Source of the DNA: a virus
Virus record (IMG/VR): IMGVR_UViG_3300004222_000002
Span: 1 to 46,583 of that record
Length of the DNA stretch: 46,583 bases
Direction: 5' to 3' (one strand)
This document shows, piece by piece, positions 42,445-46,583 of this stretch. Under the pieces are notes generated by a model. The model was not told where the DNA came from. It saw nothing but the letters and a program-made list of their open reading frames with translations, and did not search any database. Positions within the stretch are counted from its first letter, which is position 1. Every line of letters begins with the position of its first letter. A program made the position numbers and the translations under genes.

Positions 42445-44250
42445 ATGCAAAATCCCCAATTCATCCTGGGCCTCGAAGACGAGTTGGTCGTAGACGAATT
42501 CGCCTGCGGCGGCGGCATGTCCGAGGGCATCGAGCAGGCCATCGGGCGACATGTGGACATCGCCGTCAACCACGACAGCGATGCGTGCAGCATGCACGAA
42601 GCGAACCATCCCCAGACTGAGCACTACCGCAAGGACGTGTTCGAAGTCTGCCCGCGCAAGGCCACGCGCGGCCGGCCGGTGGGCCTTCTGCACATGTCGC
42701 CAGACTGCACCCATCACAGCCAGGCGCGCGGCGGCCAGCCGCGTTCCAAGAAGCTGCGCGGCCTGGCCTGGATCGGCGTGCGCTGGGCAGGCATGAAGCG
42801 TCCGCGCATCATCACGCTGGAGAACGTCAAGCAGATCCTGCTGTGGGGGCCGCTTATTGCGAAGCGCTGCCCCAAGACGCGCAGAGTCGTGAAACTGGAC
42901 GGCACCGTGGCCGCGCCCGGCGAGCGCGTGCCCGTGCACGACCAGCACCTGGTGCCCGACCCCAAGCATGTCGGCCGCACCTGGCGCGCGTTCGTGCGAG
43001 CGCTGGAGCGCCTGGGCTATGTCGTGGAGTGGCGCGTGCTCTGCGCTGCTGACTACGGCGCCCCGACGACGCGTAGCCGCCTGTTCATGGTGGCCCGCTG
43101 CGACGGCGCGCCCATCCAATGGCCCGAGCCCACGCACTTCAAGGAACCGAAGAAGGGGCAGAAGCGCTGGCGGTCGGCCGCCGAGTGCATCGACTGGAAC
43201 ATCCAGGGCCGCAGCATCTTCGAGCGCGAGAAGCCGCTGGCCGATGCCACGATGCGACGGATTGCCCACGGCATGAAGCGTTACGTGCTGGACAGTTTAG
43301 ACCCCTTCATCGTGCAGATTGCGAATTGGTCAAGGCATGGGCTGTCCAGCGCGAAAGACCCGCTGTCCACCGTCACGGCTTGGCCGCGTGGAGGATCGCA
43401 TGCGGTTGCTGCCCCTGTGATGGTGCAGGCCGGCCACGGCCAGGGCACCCCAGACGCGCCACGCTGGAGCTACGGAGCCAAGGATGTGCATCAGCCTGTG
43501 GGCACCGTGACAGCCAGCGGCGGCGGCCAAGCGCTGGCCGTGGGCACCATGGTGCAGATGGGCTACGGCGAGCGCGAGGGCCAGGCTCCGCGCGCGCTGG
43601 ACCTGGAGCAGCCCATGGGCACCGTGGTGGGCGCTGGCAAGTTCGCGGCTGTGGCCGCATTTGTCGAACAGGCGAACGGTGGATTCAATGCCACGCCGGC
43701 CCACGATGCACGCTCGCCGATGACCACCAGCACGGCCAGCGGATCACAGCAGCGCGTCGTCACCGCCCACCTGACCACACTGCGCAAGAACTGCATCGGC
43801 AAGGAAATGCGAGAGCCAGTGCCAGCCGTGACTGCCGGCGCCGAGCACCACGCGCTGGTCGAGTACCACCTATCGCCCGAGGCAGAGGCCGGCGCGCTGC
43901 GCGTGGCTGCATTCCTGATCCGCTACTACGGCCAGGGCGGCCAGCTCGGCGAGCTGCGCGAGCCCATGGCCACCAGCACCACCAAAGACCGGCTGGCACT
44001 GGTCACGGTCTGGCTGCGCGGCACGCCCTACGTCGTCGTGGACATCCAGCTGCGCATGCTCACGCCGCGCGAACTCTACAACGCCAACGACTTCCCCCGC
44101 ACTTATGTCATCGACCGGGGGCACGACGGCCGCGTCTTCTCCAAAACCACCCAGGTGCGCATGTGCGGCAACGCCGTGCCGCCATCGCTGGGCAGGGCCG
44201 TCATCGCGGCGAACTGGAACAGCCGAGCAGCACTGAGGAAAGCAGCATGA
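42445..44250 (+). CDS. DNA (cytosine-5)-methyltransferase with a long variable region
   Basis: Motif I FACGGGMSEG, motif IV SPDCTHHS, motif VI TLENV, motif VIII YGAPTTRSRLF, motif X GNAVPP. Confidence 0.85.
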   Translation: MQNPQFILGLEDELVVDEFACGGGMSEGIEQAIGRHVDIAVNHDSDACSMHEANHPQTEHYRKDVFEVCPRKATRGRPVGLLHMSPDCTHHSQARGGQPRSKKLRGLAWIGVRWAGMKRPRIITLENVKQILLWGPLIAKRCPKTRRVVKLDGTVAAPGERVPVHDQHLVPDPKHVGRTWRAFVRALERLGYVVEWRVLCAADYGAPTTRSRLFMVARCDGAPIQWPEPTHFKEPKKGQKRWRSAAECIDWNIQGRSIFEREKPLADATMRRIAHGMKRYVLDSLDPFIVQIANWSRHGLSSAKDPLSTVTAWPRGGSHAVAAPVMVQAGHGQGTPDAPRWSYGAKDVHQPVGTVTASGGGQALAVGTMVQMGYGEREGQAPRALDLEQPMGTVVGAGKFAAVAAFVEQANGGFNATPAHDARSPMTTSTASGSQQRVVTAHLTTLRKNCIGKEMREPVPAVTAGAEHHALVEYHLSPEAEAGALRVAAFLIRYYGQGGQLGELREPMATSTTKDRLALVTVWLRGTPYVVVDIQLRMLTPRELYNANDFPRTYVIDRGHDGRVFSKTTQVRMCGNAVPPSLGRAVIAANWNSRAALRKAA

Positions 44251-44660
44251 TCCCCGCACTGAGCATCCGCCAACCCTGGGCCTGGCTCATCGTCCACGGT
44301 CACAAGGATATCGAGAACCGCGACTGGAACACCACGTTTCGCGGCAACGTGCTGGTGCACGCCGGCCTCACGATGACCCGCGCCTACTACGACCAGATCA
44401 CCGAAGAGCTGGGCAACGCCGGCATGCTCCCCGCCAGCGGGCTCCCCGCCTACGAGCAGCTGCAGCGGGGCGGCTTGGTCGGCTGGACCCGCATCGTGGA
44501 CTGCGTGGAGCACAGTACGTCGAAGTGGAAACAGGAGGGCAGCTTCGGCTTCGTGCTACGCGACAGCCGGCCCATTCCCTTCGTGCCATGGAAGGGTCGC
44601 CTGCAGTTTTTCAATGTCCCAAAACACGCACTGGAGGCAAGCAGCGATGACCAGCGCTGA
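44247..44660 (+). CDS. ASCH-domain protein (137 aa)
   Basis: ALSIRQPWAWLIVHGHKDIENR is the typical ASCH N-terminus. ATGA coupling to the methyltransferase. Confidence 0.7.
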   Translation: MIPALSIRQPWAWLIVHGHKDIENRDWNTTFRGNVLVHAGLTMTRAYYDQITEELGNAGMLPASGLPAYEQLQRGGLVGWTRIVDCVEHSTSKWKQEGSFGFVLRDSRPIPFVPWKGRLQFFNVPKHALEASSDDQR

Positions 44661-45024
44661 CACCGAAATCCTGACCGTCGAAGACCTGGCCGAGCTGTTT
44701 GCCTGCGACAAAGAAACAGCAGCAGCGCGCGTTAAGTGCGGCGATCTGCCTGGCGTGAAGGTGGGCCGTGGCTGGATCATCCCGCGCCAGGCCCTCTTCG
44801 AGCGCCTCAACGAGATGGCGCGCGAAGAGGCCGCAGCCAGGCGCGCGCAGCTGGGCGCAACGCGCGATGCAGCCCAGCTGCGCGGCAAGGCCGCTCAGGC
44901 CGCTTCAGCGGCCCCCACGGCTGCACCGCCGGCCGCACTCCTGCCGAGCAGCACCCCAAAGGCAAGGGGCCGCCAGCGGCGAGTACCGCCAGCCCTGCCG
45001 CCGCTGGCTGCGGCCGGCTGCTAA
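44647..45024 (+). CDS. Excisionase-like HTH protein (125 aa)
   Basis: LTVEDLAELFACDKETAAARVKCGDLPGVKVGRGWIIPRQAL is a MerR/excisionase-type HTH. Convergent with int2. Confidence 0.6.
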   Translation: MTSADTEILTVEDLAELFACDKETAAARVKCGDLPGVKVGRGWIIPRQALFERLNEMAREEAAARRAQLGATRDAAQLRGKAAQAASAAPTAAPPAALLPSSTPKARGRQRRVPPALPPLAAAGC

Positions 45025-46235
45025 GACCACATCCGGGCCGCCAGATCTTCCGCACGGAAGCTGGCGTACCGCTGGGCCATCTTGCTGCCAGGCGCCCAGC
45101 CCATGATTCGATGGATCTCTGCCTCGCGGAACATCCAGTCCCCTGTCTTGGTACGCATCTCGAACCACAGGCACGTCGCCTCATGCCGCAGGTCGTGCTC
45201 CGTCAGCCCGTCGCACTGTGCATAGCCAAACAGGCTGGCGAACCGATTGGAAAGCCGCGACGAGACCCTGGCCAGCTCCTGCGCATCCTCTTCCCCCGTC
45301 CACCACGGAAACACCAGCTGCTGCTCGCCCTCATCCGGCAGGGCCTGCAGGTAGGCCTCCAGCACGCCGAAAAGCTCAGGCCGCATGGGCACCTCGCGGT
45401 ACTTGACCTTGCCGTGCCACTGCTTGCTGGCCTTGGCCCGGATCACCCGCGTCGCCAGGCTGAACTGCCCACGCCGGAGCGTGTAGGCCTCGCGCAGCCG
45501 CAGCCCCGTGTAGAGGATCAGTAGGAACATGGCGCGCAGGGCTGGCGCGTCGTCCAGCTTGATGGTGCGCTCGCGGTCCGGCCGCCGCTCGCCGGCCAGC
45601 ACCCGCTCGATGCGGTCCAGCTCGCCCGGCAGCAGCCGGCGCTCGCGCTGGACATCTTCCTTGGCAACCTTGGGCTTGGCCTGGTCGCCGGCCGCAGCGT
45701 TGAGCGCCTCGATGTCGGCCCGGTCCTTCGGGGTGTATGTGGCCGCACCCTTGGGCAACAGGCGCAGCGGGTTGCCCACCATGGCATCGGGATGCTGCCG
45801 CAGCCACCAGTCCAGGCAGCGTGACAGCGAGCCCACGCGCTTGCGGATGGTGCCCGGCGAGAAATTGCGCTCCAGCTTGAGGCTGCGCACCCAGGCCTCG
45901 GCCCATTTGTACGTGAGGTCGGCGATCAGCACCTTGCCCACCTCATCGACCAGCAGCTCGAGGACCGGGATGTCGGTAGCCGCCGGCTGGCCTGTGTTGA
46001 TCCAAGCCACCAGCACGAATCGCAGCCGCTCAGTGGGCTTCGGGGCTGAAGCCGTCTGCTGCACCAGGCCCGCCGGCACCACGCCGGCAGCGAGCAGCTG
46101 GTCGACCTGCTGGCCGTACTGCTCGGCCTCGGCCTGGTCGTCGAACGTCATATAGACCGGCTTCGGCAGCAGCTTGCTGCGAATCGTCAGCTCATATCGC
46201 CCTCGGGGCGTTTTGCGCACACTCGACAAACTCAC
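45021..46235 (-). CDS. int: Tyrosine recombinase/integrase adjacent to tRNA-Cys (int2); start GTG 46235 or TTG 46229
   Basis: Catalytic residues in TGLRLREAY, HDLRHEATCLW and MGWAPGSKMAQRYAS. The gene starts 178 bp from the tRNA 3' end. Confidence 0.85.
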   Translation of the reverse strand: MSLSSVRKTPRGRYELTIRSKLLPKPVYMTFDDQAEAEQYGQQVDQLLAAGVVPAGLVQQTASAPKPTERLRFVLVAWINTGQPAATDIPVLELLVDEVGKVLIADLTYKWAEAWVRSLKLERNFSPGTIRKRVGSLSRCLDWWLRQHPDAMVGNPLRLLPKGAATYTPKDRADIEALNAAAGDQAKPKVAKEDVQRERRLLPGELDRIERVLAGERRPDRERTIKLDDAPALRAMFLLILYTGLRLREAYTLRRGQFSLATRVIRAKASKQWHGKVKYREVPMRPELFGVLEAYLQALPDEGEQQLVFPWWTGEEDAQELARVSSRLSNRFASLFGYAQCDGLTEHDLRHEATCLWFEMRTKTGDWMFREAEIHRIMGWAPGSKMAQRYASFRAEDLAARMWS

Positions 46236-46361
46236 CTCCCTGTGAAGTTCGGCCGGAGTGTACTCACCTCATCGACAAACTATGCAAATTAGGCGTGGTT
46301 CGACCGCAGTTTCTGCGCGGTTTGAGATCGATTGAGCCTATATTGAATCGTGCCGGAAATG

Positions 46362-46383
46362 AAAAAAGGCCCCGAAGGGCCTT
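46362..46383 (-). terminator. Terminator downstream of the reconstituted tRNA-Cys (phage-borne)
   Basis: Minus strand reads AAGGCCC-ttcg-GGGCCTT followed by TTTTCATTT. It mirrors the host terminator at 1321-1346. Confidence 0.6.
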
Positions 46384-46404
46384 ATAAGTACTTGATTCTA
46401 ATTA

Positions 46405-46458
46405 GAATTTTTGGAGGCGCGAACCAGAGTCGAACTGGTCTAACCGGATTTGCAATCC
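46405..46458 (-). repeat. att direct repeat, right copy (inside the intact tRNA-Cys)
   Basis: 53/54 identity with 1368-1421. Confidence 0.85.
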
Positions 46459-46485
46459 GGGGCATAACCGCTTTGCTATCGCGCC
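46412..46485 (-). tRNA. tRNA-Cys(GCA), 74 nt
   Basis: Reverse complement reads GGCGCGATAGCAAAGCGGTTATGCCCCGGATTGCAAATCCGGTTAGACCAGTTCGACTCTGGTTCGCGCCTCCA. Anticodon arm is CCGGA-TTGCAAA-TCCGG. Encoded CCA end. Confidence 0.93.
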
Positions 46486-46528
46486 AAGATCACTATCAAA
46501 CATGCAGCATTGCTGCAGTTTTTAAAAC

Positions 46529-46583
46529 TGGAGCGGGAAAACGGGTTCGAACCGTCGACCTCAACCTTGGCAAGGTTGCGCTC
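46529..46583 (-). tRNA. tRNA-Gly(GCC), 3' 55 nt (5' end cut by window edge)
   Basis: Reverse complement ends ...CTTGCCAAGGTTGAGGTCGACGGTTCGAACCCGTTTTCCCGCTCCA. Same gene sequence as the copy at 1-60. Confidence 0.9.

Larger units (their letters stand above)
1368..46458. mobile_element. tRNA-Cys-integrated prophage (lambda-like architecture, siphovirus-type tail), possibly composite with a second integrase module at the left end
   Basis: Bounded by the 54-bp direct repeats. Contains two tyrosine recombinases, an immunity switch, replication genes, terminase, portal, protease, capsid, tape measure, tail and lysis genes. Confidence 0.9.

Noticed and set aside
38936-43269. Long minus-strand ORFs (38936..39922, 39471..40151, 40637..41572, 42214..43269), and the 5' part of plus-strand ORF 43119..44660.
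   Set aside because: They are antisense or out of frame relative to the ParB-like and C5 methyltransferase genes, whose motifs fix the true frame. Only the last 414 nt of 43119..44660 (the ASCH gene from ATG 44247) is real.

Overview
GC-rich proteobacterial chromosome segment (beta-proteobacterium-like by eye; no searches were run). A ~45-kb lambda-architecture, siphovirus-type prophage is integrated into a tRNA-Cys(GCA) gene, bounded by 54-bp direct repeats at 1368-1421 and 46405-46458 (53/54 identical). Host flank: tRNA-Gly(GCC) copies at both window edges, an M48 lipoprotein peptidase, and the displaced tRNA operon terminator. Reading the prophage from right to left: int2 beside the tRNA; a convergent excisionase-like gene; a rightward early operon (C5 methyltransferase, ASCH, ParB-like protein, a degenerate SF3 NTPase paralog, small ORFs); an immunity region (XRE-type repressor without a peptidase domain plus a zinc-ribbon membrane protein, divergent from a Cro-like gene, with four ATCCA-N3-TGGAT operators); a leftward operon (Toprim primase, SF3 primase-helicase, a repeat-rich cos/ori region, terS, terL, a Q/sigma-region-4-like regulator); a promoter-plus-terminator module; lambda-like head genes (gpW, portal, S49 protease, decoration protein, capsid); tail genes with a 1307-aa tape measure; a lysis cassette (membrane-anchored transglycosylase, nested Rz/Rz1); Dam; and a left-end cargo module with a second intact integrase. 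The most interesting item is in that cargo module. Four type I-F-like 28-nt CRISPR repeats with 31-32-nt spacers (3152-3358, minus strand) start on the stop codon of an Aca1-like HTH gene and end in a terminator, with no cas genes in the window. This suggests a phage-borne mini-array or an RNA anti-CRISPR. Other notable items are a perfect LexA box between an SRAP gene that lacks a canonical start codon (AGGAGG-N5-ATC-TGC) and three small overlapping ORFs, a PR'/tR'-like late control module in an unusual position, phased TTCNGAA heptamers, several long perfect palindromes, and an opposite-strand small membrane gene in the tail-chaperone slot. All functional calls rest on motif recognition by eye and on codon-position GC bias, so they need database confirmation.
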